Shown here piece after piece: positions 36,890-45,252 of a stretch of 64,000 nt of DNA. The stretch is from Vicinamibacterales bacterium. GTDB taxonomy: Bacteria > Acidobacteriota > Vicinamibacteria > Vicinamibacterales > UBA8438. The stretch is from contig CBDAMZ010000010.1 of assembly GCA_965197375.1 (NCBI GenBank), forward strand, positions 384,844 through 448,843. The letters are read 5' to 3'. The notes under the pieces are model-generated. The model did not search any database. It saw only the letters and a program-made list of their open reading frames with translations, and was not told the origin of the DNA. The translations under genes were made by a program, and so were the position numbers. How positions within the stretch are numbered: the first letter of the stretch is position 1; each line of letters begins with the position of its first letter.

Positions 36890-38142
36890 CCTTGCACACA
36901 CACGACTACGACGCAATTATCATCGGTGGTGGGCCGGCCGGTGCCACCGCGGCCACGGTCCTCGCACAGCACGGGCGACGTGTCGTCGTGCTCGAAAGGG
37001 AGCCTTTCCCGCGGTATCACATCGGCGAATCGCTGATGCCCTACACATGGTTCACCTTCGAGCGACTGGGCGTCCGTGACTGGTTCGATAAGGCTGCCTG
37101 CCCGAAGAAATATAGCGTGCAGTTCGTATCAACGACCGGTAAGATCTCACAACCCTTCTATTTCTTCGAGACGATTAAGCACGAGTGCGCCACCACGTGG
37201 CAGGTTCTGCGAAGCGACTTCGATCGGATGTTACTCGACAACGCCCGCGCCAAAGGCGTCGAGGTGCGTCAAGGCGTCTCGGTCCGCGAGCTCGTCACCA
37301 GCGGTGGACACGCCATTGGAGTGCAAGCTGACGTCAAGGGTGGGGGCCGTGAGACGGTCCACGCCAAGGCGATTGTTGACGCGTCCGGCCGCGACACGTT
37401 CCTGGCATCGAAGTTGGGATGGAAGCGGCGTGACCCCGACCTTAACAAGGTGTCGGTCTTCACCTACTTCAAAGGGGCCAAGCGCGATCCAGGACTGGAC
37501 GCCGGGGCAACGACGGTTGCCTATATCGGCGAGAAGGGCTGGTTTTGGTACATCCCGTTGCCGGACGACGTGGTCAGCGTTGGCATCGTTGCCGAAATCA
37601 GCTACCTCTACCGCGACACGCGCGACCCGACGGCGATTTTTTTTCGCGAGGCTGAAAAATGCCTCTGGATCAAAGAACACCTACGGCCCGGCACACATCT
37701 GGGGCCGGCGCGGGTAGCGGGTGAGTTCAGCTATCGGTCGACCGAAACCGGAGGTGACGGCTTCTGTCTCGCCGGCGACGCGTTTTCGTTCCTGGACCCG
37801 GTCTTTTCAACCGGGGTTTTTCTTGCACTCAAGAGTGGCGAGCTGGCGGCCGACGCGATCCATCACGGCTTGGACGCCGGGCGGATCACGGCCGCGACGT
37901 TTGACGATTACGGCCAACAGCTTCGGTGGGCGCTCGACCAGTTCCGCCAACTGGTTTTGTCGTTCTACAATCAACGGTTCAGCTTTCGGGAGTTCATCCT
38001 GGCCCACCCCGACCTGCGCTCACAGTTGGTCGATGCCCTGGTTGGCAACGTCTTTGCCGATCTCGAGCCGCTGTTTACCGCCCTCCGTAAATTCTCAGCC
38101 CGCACGTCATCATCCGAAGGAAACAATGCGACCGCGCAGTGA
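36832..38142 (+). CDS. FAD-dependent halogenase-like oxidoreductase (CndH/PltA-type)
   Basis: IIIGGGPAGATAA (GxGxxG), LEREPFPRYHIGESL, IVDASGRDT, GWFWYIPL (WxWxIP halogenase signature) and GDAFSFLDPVFSTGV. The layout parallels CndH as I remember it. An alternative TTG start at 36892 lies 3 nt after the upstream stop. Confidence 0.75.
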   Translation: MPRHQDRRHRRGAADGIPITLHTHDYDAIIIGGGPAGATAATVLAQHGRRVVVLEREPFPRYHIGESLMPYTWFTFERLGVRDWFDKAACPKKYSVQFVSTTGKISQPFYFFETIKHECATTWQVLRSDFDRMLLDNARAKGVEVRQGVSVRELVTSGGHAIGVQADVKGGGRETVHAKAIVDASGRDTFLASKLGWKRRDPDLNKVSVFTYFKGAKRDPGLDAGATTVAYIGEKGWFWYIPLPDDVVSVGIVAEISYLYRDTRDPTAIFFREAEKCLWIKEHLRPGTHLGPARVAGEFSYRSTETGGDGFCLAGDAFSFLDPVFSTGVFLALKSGELAADAIHHGLDAGRITAATFDDYGQQLRWALDQFRQLVLSFYNQRFSFREFILAHPDLRSQLVDALVGNVFADLEPLFTALRKFSARTSSSEGNNATAQ

Positions 38143-38171
38143 CGAACCCCCACCCATGAGAGAATAGCGGC

Positions 38172-38600
38172 GTGCCGAGCGAGTACCGCCTGCAGCGCCG
38201 CGTGCAGTTTTACGAGACCGACGCGGCCGGCATCGTCCATTTCAGCTGCCTCTATCGCTACATGGAAGAGGCCGAACACGCACTCTGGCGTGAGGCTGGC
38301 TTGAGCATTGCGCCGGAGGGTGCCGAAATTGTCTTTCCGCGCGTGGCGGCGTCGTTTGACTTCCACCGACCATTGCGTCTCGAAGATGAATTCGAGGTGC
38401 ATATCCAAATCGCAGAGATCACTGCCAAAAGCATCCGCTACGCGGCCCGGGTCACCAAAAATGGCGTCCGGATCCCCACCGGTAGCCTGGTAGCCGCCTG
38501 CGCCCGCCAGCGGCCGGGTGAGCCGCTGCAGGCAACCACCATCCCCGTCGAGATTGCCGAGCGGTTCGAAGTCGCGCACGGAGCTAGCAATCGAACGTAG
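38172..38600 (+). CDS. acyl-CoA thioesterase, 4HBT/YbgC hotdog family
   Basis: 142 aa. RVQFYETDAAGIVHFSCLYRYMEEAEHALWREAG is the canonical N-terminal catalytic-Asp block of 4-hydroxybenzoyl-CoA thioesterase-type hotdogs. Confidence 0.8.
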   Translation: MPSEYRLQRRVQFYETDAAGIVHFSCLYRYMEEAEHALWREAGLSIAPEGAEIVFPRVAASFDFHRPLRLEDEFEVHIQIAEITAKSIRYAARVTKNGVRIPTGSLVAACARQRPGEPLQATTIPVEIAERFEVAHGASNRT

Positions 38601-38607
38601 CAAGCGG

Positions 38608-39927
38608 ATGGAAACCGAAATCGCAACCCCGCCCGCCGCCGAGTGCCAGTCCGGCGATCTGATCATCGCCCACCAGGCCGAACGGTTGACCCGCCTGCTC
38701 GGCCAGCTGATAGGACGAAACGCGTTCTACACACGTAAGTTTCGGCAGGCCGGTGTTCGCATCGAGGATTTGTCGTTCCTACAGTCTCTCTCCACGCTCC
38801 CGTTCACCACGAAGGCCGAGCTGGCTGCCGATCAAGACGCGTCGCCACCGTGGGGGACGACGCTAACCGAGCCGATCGCGCGCTATACGCGCTACAATCA
38901 GACCTCGTCGACCACCGGCCGCCCGCTCCGGTGGCTCGATACCACCGAGAGCTGGCAGTGGATGCTGGACTGCTGGAAAGCAGTGTACCGAGCGGCGCGG
39001 GTCACGAGCGCGGATCGCATCTTCTTTCCGTTTTCCTTTGGCCCCTTCCTCGGTTTCTGGACAGCGTTCGATGCCGGCACGCAGATCGGTGCGCACTGCC
39101 TTCCAACCGGCGGCATGAGCAGTCAGGCACGGCTGGCGTTAATCGATGCGCTAGCACCGACCGTGATGTGCTGCACGCCGACCTACGCATTGCGGCTGCT
39201 CGAAGTCGCGCGCGACACGACGGGAGCTCATTGCTCCCAAAGCCCGGTCCGCGTCATCATCGTGGCCGGTGAGCCAGGTGGGAGCATCGCCTCAACGCGT
39301 GACCGGATCGAGCGTGGCTGGGGGGCACGGGTCATCGACCATCACGGATTGACCGAAGTTGGACCGCTCAGCTTTGAATGTTGGGACGCGCCTGGCTTTC
39401 TCCACGTGAATGAAGGCGAGTACATCTGTGAAGTCGTCGATCTGGCGACCGGCGATCCAACTCCAGACGGCCAGCAAGGGGAGTTGGTCGTCACGAACCT
39501 CGGCCGGACGGCCAGCCCCATTATTCGCTACCGAACCGGCGACATCGTTGTGCGGACGCGCGACCGCTGTCCGTGTGGTCGGACATTTGCCAGGCTTGCC
39601 GGCGGAATCCTCGCGCGCACCGATGACATGGTGAACGTGCGGGGTGTAAACATCTACCCAACAGCCATCGAGGCGGTGATCCGCATGTTCGACGAGGTAA
39701 CTGAATACCGAGCTACAATTGGATCGAACAGCGTAATGCATTCACTATCGGTCGAGCTCGAGCTGGCGTCATGGGCCACGGACGCGGAAATAGTGAAAGA
39801 CAGGGTGGCCGCCAAGCTACGCGACGCGCTCGGACTCACCGTTCCGGTCCGAACCGTCTCGTCGGGATCGCTTCCCCACTTTGAGTTGAAAGCCAAGCGG
39901 TTCATCGTGATGAGAGACGAAGTCTAG
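38608..39927 (+). CDS. phenylacetate-CoA ligase family (PaaK / F390-synthetase-like) adenylating enzyme
   Basis: The ATG at 38608 is 7 nt after the thioesterase stop. LPFTTKAELAADQ, TSSTTGRPL, IVAGEPGG, YRTGDIV and RTDDMVNVRGVNIYPTAIE are PaaK-family blocks. Confidence 0.85.
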   Translation: METEIATPPAAECQSGDLIIAHQAERLTRLLGQLIGRNAFYTRKFRQAGVRIEDLSFLQSLSTLPFTTKAELAADQDASPPWGTTLTEPIARYTRYNQTSSTTGRPLRWLDTTESWQWMLDCWKAVYRAARVTSADRIFFPFSFGPFLGFWTAFDAGTQIGAHCLPTGGMSSQARLALIDALAPTVMCCTPTYALRLLEVARDTTGAHCSQSPVRVIIVAGEPGGSIASTRDRIERGWGARVIDHHGLTEVGPLSFECWDAPGFLHVNEGEYICEVVDLATGDPTPDGQQGELVVTNLGRTASPIIRYRTGDIVVRTRDRCPCGRTFARLAGGILARTDDMVNVRGVNIYPTAIEAVIRMFDEVTEYRATIGSNSVMHSLSVELELASWATDAEIVKDRVAAKLRDALGLTVPVRTVSSGSLPHFELKAKRFIVMRDEV

Positions 39928-40068
39928 CGCAATGAGGGCCAGGAGGGTGTGACGTTGCTAGCACCGCATAGACCGACTTTTCGCGATCCGGACGGCCATC
40001 CGCTCTCGGCATTCTGGCTGAAACGGCTCGTATAGTTAGTACTATTAACGAGATTCTCAGGAGGTTTC

Positions 40069-41052
40069 TTGCGTCGCCTTATCTCACTGTCGTCGTTAAT
40101 CGTAGTCGCCATGACGCTCGCTGCTTGTTGGGACGGCGGCGAGTCTGATGATGGTAAGCCCGCGTCGGTCTTTCTCAGTATAGGGACCGCGCCGCCAGGC
40201 GGTGCGTTTTTTGTCGTAGGGAGCGCATTGGCCGAAGTGATCAATGCGTACGGCATCACCCAGGGCTTTAACATCACGGCCGAGGCAACGAGCGGATCGC
40301 AGGAAAACATCCGGCGGCTCGCGAGCGGTGAGATCGATTTCGCGTTGTCGAACGCCGCCATCACTTACTTTGCCGTGCGGGGCACCGAAGGCTGGGATCG
40401 CGCCTATCCGGTACGCTCGGTCATGACTCTGGCACCGAACGTTGCGTTCTTCGTCTCGCCTACGGTCTCCGGGATCGCCACGCTGGATGACCTCAGAGGT
40501 CATCGCGTGACCGTCGGGCCGGCCGGCGCCGGTTTCGAGTACTTCGTCCGGCCGCTGCTCCAAGCGCACGGGATCACCTACGACGACTTTACGGTGCTCA
40601 ACGCGACACAACAGGCCGCCGTCGATATGTTGGCGGACGGATCAGCGAAGGCCGCATTTCTCGGTGGCGCTGTCCCAACGGCGTCTATTATCCAAGCGGC
40701 TGCCTCGATGGACATCAAGTTCGTGCCGTTTGGCGAGGCAGAAAAGCAGCGGCTCGTTGATGAGTACCTCTTTTTCCGACCAGCGACCATCCCAGCCGGG
40801 ACCTATCGCGGTCAGACGGAAGCGTTCGAGGGACTCGACGTCGGCTCGATGCACCTTATTACGTCGGCAGGCGCTCCCGATGACCTCGTCTACGACGTCA
40901 CCAGGATGTTGTACGAGAACCGCGCGCGGGTCGTCGAGAAACATGCGGCGGGCCGCGCCATCAATCCCGATAACGTGGTCCGTGACACCGGCACGGAGTT
41001 CCATCCAGGAGCCATCCACTTCTACCAGGAAATCGGGATCTGGCTGGAGTGA
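40069..41052 (+). CDS. TRAP transporter solute-binding protein, TAXI family (lipoprotein)
   Basis: AGGAGG sits upstream of the TTG. Lipobox VAMTLAAC. GTAPPGGAFFVVGSALAEVIN and ATSGSQENIRRLASGEIDFAL are TAXI blocks. Confidence 0.85.
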   Translation: MRRLISLSSLIVVAMTLAACWDGGESDDGKPASVFLSIGTAPPGGAFFVVGSALAEVINAYGITQGFNITAEATSGSQENIRRLASGEIDFALSNAAITYFAVRGTEGWDRAYPVRSVMTLAPNVAFFVSPTVSGIATLDDLRGHRVTVGPAGAGFEYFVRPLLQAHGITYDDFTVLNATQQAAVDMLADGSAKAAFLGGAVPTASIIQAAASMDIKFVPFGEAEKQRLVDEYLFFRPATIPAGTYRGQTEAFEGLDVGSMHLITSAGAPDDLVYDVTRMLYENRARVVEKHAAGRAINPDNVVRDTGTEFHPGAIHFYQEIGIWLE

Positions 41053-43016
41053 CCGCCCCGCCCAACCGGCGAGCCACCGATATCAGCCAGCTCGTGACCA
41101 GCGTGCTCGGCGTGCTGCTGTGTATGTTCACGTTGGTCGAGGTGAATTATCCACTGCTCGCGCCACAAAGCCGCTTGGCGATATTCGCCCTGCTGGGACT
41201 CGTCCTCTGTTTTCTTAACATTCCGGCCAAACCGACGTGGAGGGGCCGCCCGGCGGCGCGCGCGGCAGACGCCCTACTAGCAGTGCTGGCGGCCGTGTGC
41301 TGCGGCTACATCCTGGTGCAGACCGACCCATTGTTCGAGGCGTGGTGGATCAACGGCCAATCGCTTGGAAATCGAGCGGGAATCGAGACCAGGCTCGATT
41401 TCGTCATTGGCCTCTTCGGTCTGCTGCTCGTCATTGAAGCGGCCCGGCGTACGCTCGGACTGGCATTACCGCTCCTGTCGTTAGCATTTTTAATCTACGC
41501 CTATTTCGGGTCGTCGTTCCCATCGTGGTTCTTCCCACATCGCGGCTACACGGTGTCGCGTATCGTCGCGCAGACTTTCCTCCACAGCCAGGGTGTCTTC
41601 GGCGTGGCGCTGAACGTTATGTTCGCCTATGTGTTCTTGTTCGTGATCTTCGGGGCCTTTCTCGAAGCTACCGGCGCAACGCGTTTCATCGTGCAGTTTG
41701 CGAAACGCGTGTTCGGGCGGAGCCCGGGTGGACCAGCCAAGGTGGCCGTGCTTAGCAGCGGACTGATGGGATCACTATCCGGCAGCGCCGTGGCAAACAC
41801 CGCAACGACCGGCACGTTCACGATCCCGATGATGCGGAGCGCCGGGTTTCAGCCGGTCACGGCCGCCGGCCTCCAAGCCGCCGCGAGCTCTGGCGGGGCG
41901 CTGATGCCTCCAGTCATGGGAGCTGGCGCCTATATGATGCTCGAGATCGTCGAGCCGCCGGTGACGTATATAGAAATTATCCGGGCGGCACTCATCCCAG
42001 CGATTCTTTATTACTCATCGCTGCTCTTCATCGTGCACTTCCACGCCCGCCGGACGACAACACTACCCGTCCAGACGGCCGACGTGATGAGTCCAGGTAA
42101 TGTCACTGACGAGCGCATGCGATTCGAAGGAGTCGTCTTCGCCACGGCCCTCGGTAGTCTGATCCTTTGCGTGATCCTTGGCTACACCGCATTTCGTGCG
42201 GTGACGATCTCACTGGCGGTAATCGTCGCGACCAGCAGCGTTCACTCAGCAACACGCCTACATGTTGGTAGCATCTTCAACAGCCTAACAAAAGCCGCGC
42301 GTAACGTTGTCCCGCTGGTCGCCGCTGCTGCCTGCGTCGGAATCATCATCGGGACCGTAACACTCACCGGTATAGGCACCCGCCTGCCAGCAACCATTAT
42401 CCCGCTCGCCGAGCAGAGCCTGTTCCTGGCCCTGGTCCTGATTATGATCTCGTCGATTATCCTCGGGATGGGCCTTCCGTCGGCTGTGTGCTATCTGCTC
42501 ATGGCCACCCTGATCGGACCGGTCCTAGGCAACCTGGGCGTCATCCCGCTCGCCGCGCACCTCTTCATCTTTTACTTCGGCATGATGTCGATGGTGACGC
42601 CGCCGGTCGCACTCGCCGCGTACGCAGCATCTTCGATCGCCGGCACAAAAATCATGCCGACTAGCTTTGCGGCGTTCCGCTTCGCGCTTGTCGGCTTCAC
42701 GCTCCCCTTTATGTTCGTTTATCGACCCGAACTCCTGATGCTCACCGCCAGTGGTCAAACAGCCGGCTGGCTCACGATGCTGCTACCGGTTTCCATCGCG
42801 ACGCTCGGTGTAGCTTGCTTTGCTGCGGGTATTGCTGGCCAGCTTCGCAACCCGCTCCCCATTGGACTTCGTCTGGCCAGCTTCGCCGCTGCTGGCCTGC
42901 TCCTAGCGCCTGGCCCATCGGTCTCGCTTGGGAGACTCGCAGTTCCGATGTTTGATGTCGCGGGGATCGTGCTCTTCGGCAGCGTCCTGGCATTAAATCG
43001 CCGGGCAGGCACCTGA
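41049..43016 (+). CDS. TRAP transporter fused permease subunit (TAXI-associated 4TM/12TM fusion)
   Basis: GTGA start/stop overlap with the TAXI gene. The 655-aa protein is highly hydrophobic and polytopic, with DctM-like segments (GSLSGSAVANTATTGTFTIPMM). Confidence 0.85.
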   Translation: MTAPPNRRATDISQLVTSVLGVLLCMFTLVEVNYPLLAPQSRLAIFALLGLVLCFLNIPAKPTWRGRPAARAADALLAVLAAVCCGYILVQTDPLFEAWWINGQSLGNRAGIETRLDFVIGLFGLLLVIEAARRTLGLALPLLSLAFLIYAYFGSSFPSWFFPHRGYTVSRIVAQTFLHSQGVFGVALNVMFAYVFLFVIFGAFLEATGATRFIVQFAKRVFGRSPGGPAKVAVLSSGLMGSLSGSAVANTATTGTFTIPMMRSAGFQPVTAAGLQAAASSGGALMPPVMGAGAYMMLEIVEPPVTYIEIIRAALIPAILYYSSLLFIVHFHARRTTTLPVQTADVMSPGNVTDERMRFEGVVFATALGSLILCVILGYTAFRAVTISLAVIVATSSVHSATRLHVGSIFNSLTKAARNVVPLVAAAACVGIIIGTVTLTGIGTRLPATIIPLAEQSLFLALVLIMISSIILGMGLPSAVCYLLMATLIGPVLGNLGVIPLAAHLFIFYFGMMSMVTPPVALAAYAASSIAGTKIMPTSFAAFRFALVGFTLPFMFVYRPELLMLTASGQTAGWLTMLLPVSIATLGVACFAAGIAGQLRNPLPIGLRLASFAAAGLLLAPGPSVSLGRLAVPMFDVAGIVLFGSVLALNRRAGT

Positions 43017-43167
43017 CTACCACCTACCTTACAGGCTCCGATTATTTCATCATCCAAAACCACCACTGTTTCGAATCGATTCAACCGGCGCCACTAGTGT
43101 GAACTGCACGCTCTCGAAGCACGGTGACACCTCGAGAAACAGGAAAAGTTTCGTGTGAGGGTTAGTG

Positions 43168-43288
43168 CCCCCCCCGACGCAGGTCACTCTTGCAAAGGCC
43201 GAATTCAAAGAAACTTTCTCAGCTTACTGCAGCGCTGTGGCATTCTTTCTCGCGAGAGTGTCGCAAGTGAGCCTAATCGACGGGGGGG
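43168..43288. other. long imperfect hairpin / structured element clamped by a C8 and a G7 run, in a low-GC non-coding gap
   Basis: Hand-paired: C43169-75 with G43282-88 (7 bp), then G43176:C43281, C43178-G43179 with C43278-G43279, GG43182-83 with CC43272-73, TCAC43184-87 with GTGA43267-70, and TTGC43190-93 with GCAA43263-66. That gives about 20 bp in total. The enclosed 69 nt carry the palindromes cagcgctg (43230-37) and tctcgcgaga (43248-57). Confidence 0.35.
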
Positions 43289-43523
43289 TAGAGAACGGGA
43301 GTGTTCATAACTCTCGGCTATTTCGTTGCTCACGAGCATCGCCACCGAGGTAGCATACTGTTATGCGTTGGAGGGATGGAACCACAGCGCCGACAAGTAG
43401 GTGCGGGACGCGATCTGGGGCTGAGACCAAATGTGCTGGCCCGCAACTGCGCGACCGTTCGTACGGTTTGGGTTGATGACATGCCGCGCGAAAAGTGATG
43501 CTTCCGGCAACAGGAGGGGTCTT

Positions 43524-44261
43524 ATGATTTCAAGGCGCGTCGGCCTGTCAGTCGCTGTCAGCGCGGTCTTGTGCTTGATGCTTGCACCGGTGGCACAGAC
43601 ACAGCAGGGGGCGACTGGTGCATCTACACATCTCTACAACACGGCCAAGCAAAAACTCAATGAAGGCCGGCAGATTGTTGGCGGCACCGTGTCATCGCCT
43701 GACCCAGACATCTACTGCGCCATGGCTAACGCCGGATTCGATTTCCTGTGGATCGAAATGCAACACAGTCCGCTAACGTATCAGGACGTAGCCAGAATGA
43801 TCTGGGCGTGCAGAGGTGCACCGGCCATCCCCTTTATCCGCGTGCCAGACGCAACCGAAGGCGACATCCAGCAAGCCTCAGACATCGATGCGCTTGGAAT
43901 CATCGTGCCGATGGTTGCCTCCGTCGAGAAGGTGAAGGCCGCAGTCAAGTACGCCAAGTACCCGCCCGTCGGAGAACGGAGCCAGGGTAGCGGCCAATAC
44001 CGTGCCCTATGGGGAGATGACTACCGTGCCACCGCCAACGACAACATCATGATCGTCGCCATGATCGAGTCGACGGCTGGTGTCGCCATCGCAGACAAGA
44101 TCGCTGCTGTGCCGGGTGTCGACGTCGTCTTCGCCGCCAGCACAGACCTACACAGTTTCTCGGGATGGAACCAAGGTGACACAGAATATGAAGCACTGGT
44201 CGCGACGATCCGCGATGCGACCTTAAAGGCCAACAAAAAGCTGGGTGGCCCCTTGTCCTGA
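43524..44261 (+). CDS. HpcH/HpaI aldolase family protein with predicted Sec signal peptide
   Basis: AGGAGG lies 6 nt upstream of the ATG at 43524. N-terminus MISRRVGLSVAVSAVLCLMLAPVAQTQQ. AGFDFLWIEMQHSP, PFIRVP, ALGIIVPMV and IVAMIES are HpcH/HpaI aldolase blocks. Confidence 0.8.
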   Translation: MISRRVGLSVAVSAVLCLMLAPVAQTQQGATGASTHLYNTAKQKLNEGRQIVGGTVSSPDPDIYCAMANAGFDFLWIEMQHSPLTYQDVARMIWACRGAPAIPFIRVPDATEGDIQQASDIDALGIIVPMVASVEKVKAAVKYAKYPPVGERSQGSGQYRALWGDDYRATANDNIMIVAMIESTAGVAIADKIAAVPGVDVVFAASTDLHSFSGWNQGDTEYEALVATIRDATLKANKKLGGPLS

Positions 44262-44288
44262 ACGAACAGGGACGGATTCAGCTTCTTC

Positions 44289-44312
44289 CAGGGCCAGAGC
44301 ACCACGGCCCTG
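44289..44312 (+). terminator. possible hairpin after the HpcH-family aldolase gene
   Basis: cagggcc (44289-44295) and ggccctg (44306-44312) form a 7-bp GC-rich stem with a 10-nt loop, 28 nt after the stop, followed by atcaaatt. Confidence 0.3.
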
Positions 44313-44405
44313 ATCAAATTGGGGGCACAGGCGTCACTAGAGGCTACACCTTCCGGCGTTGCGCCGATCGAGGGCACGCGTCGGTAGCATGGATGAGGGC
44401 GAGAC

Positions 44406-45164
44406 ATGACACGAGACCGTTTCGGAATCGCGGTTGCTTTTTGCTTGGCAGTGACTACCTGCGCCGGCCCAGCTCCTAAACCGGACGCGCAACCTGAACC
44501 GGAGGCCCAGGAGCGGGGACCACGGACACAACCCGACACGGCAATGGGTATCTACACGCCCGAGCAGCACGACCTATACGACGGTCGGTTCATCATTACC
44601 GGAAGCCGGATCTATCAGATCGGCACGCTGTCTGATACGACCCCATGGGATCACATGGGAAACGACGGCAGCGATCTCCGTCAGGTCGCCGGCACGGCGG
44701 ACATTGACGTGAACGAGATCACGAATACGGGAAGCTTCCGCGCCGAGCTCGAGCTGCCCGAGGGACGGTATGTCATCACCCTCGAAAAATTTGAGGAATT
44801 CTCGCCGTGCCAGGACGGGGGTATTGCGGCCTTTCTCTTCGAGCATGGGGACTCCGGTTGTGGCGATGCGAACTGGCCAAAGAGCCTCCTCTACGTGACG
44901 GGATGGGGCACAGGATCCGCGACTCTGAACGATGAGCCGCTCTACGACGACTTTCAGATCCACTTCATGGTGACACAGGGCATGCGAGATCGAGAGACGT
45001 TGGCGACGCGCCACCCCCACCGATTTAGACAGCCAGGAGGAGTGGTGAATCCGGCACTGCAGCAGCTCGATTTCTACATTCGGAGCCCTGAACGTAACGA
45101 CGCTAACCATCCAGATCGGGAAGTATTTGATCACTTCTTTGCTATGGAGGTCACATGGAAGTGA
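44406..45164 (+). CDS. hypothetical lipoprotein
   Basis: Lipobox AFCLAVTTC followed by a Pro/Glu-rich linker. The amino-acid composition is balanced, unlike the R/S-rich antisense ORF 44574..45419. I recognise no family. Confidence 0.5.
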   Translation: MTRDRFGIAVAFCLAVTTCAGPAPKPDAQPEPEAQERGPRTQPDTAMGIYTPEQHDLYDGRFIITGSRIYQIGTLSDTTPWDHMGNDGSDLRQVAGTADIDVNEITNTGSFRAELELPEGRYVITLEKFEEFSPCQDGGIAAFLFEHGDSGCGDANWPKSLLYVTGWGTGSATLNDEPLYDDFQIHFMVTQGMRDRETLATRHPHRFRQPGGVVNPALQQLDFYIRSPERNDANHPDREVFDHFFAMEVTWK

Positions 45165-45252
45165 CACTCGACACAAGGAGCACCGGGTGAGTAAGGGGCG
45201 TTCGATCCGGCACGACCTGTCAATCAAAGTGACAGCCGGGAGATGACACGGC

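Noticed and set aside
37971-38666. 231-aa - strand ORF across the halogenase-like/thioesterase/ligase junctions.
   Set aside because: It is antisense to three motif-supported genes, has no family resemblance and has atypical composition.
43395-43500. TPP-riboswitch-like CTGAGA box (ggggctgagacc at about 43417-43428) upstream of the aldolase gene.
   Set aside because: The obligatory ACCC pairing partner and the CCUGAUCUGGxUAAUxCCAGCG pyrimidine-sensor helix are absent, and the downstream gene is unrelated to thiamine.
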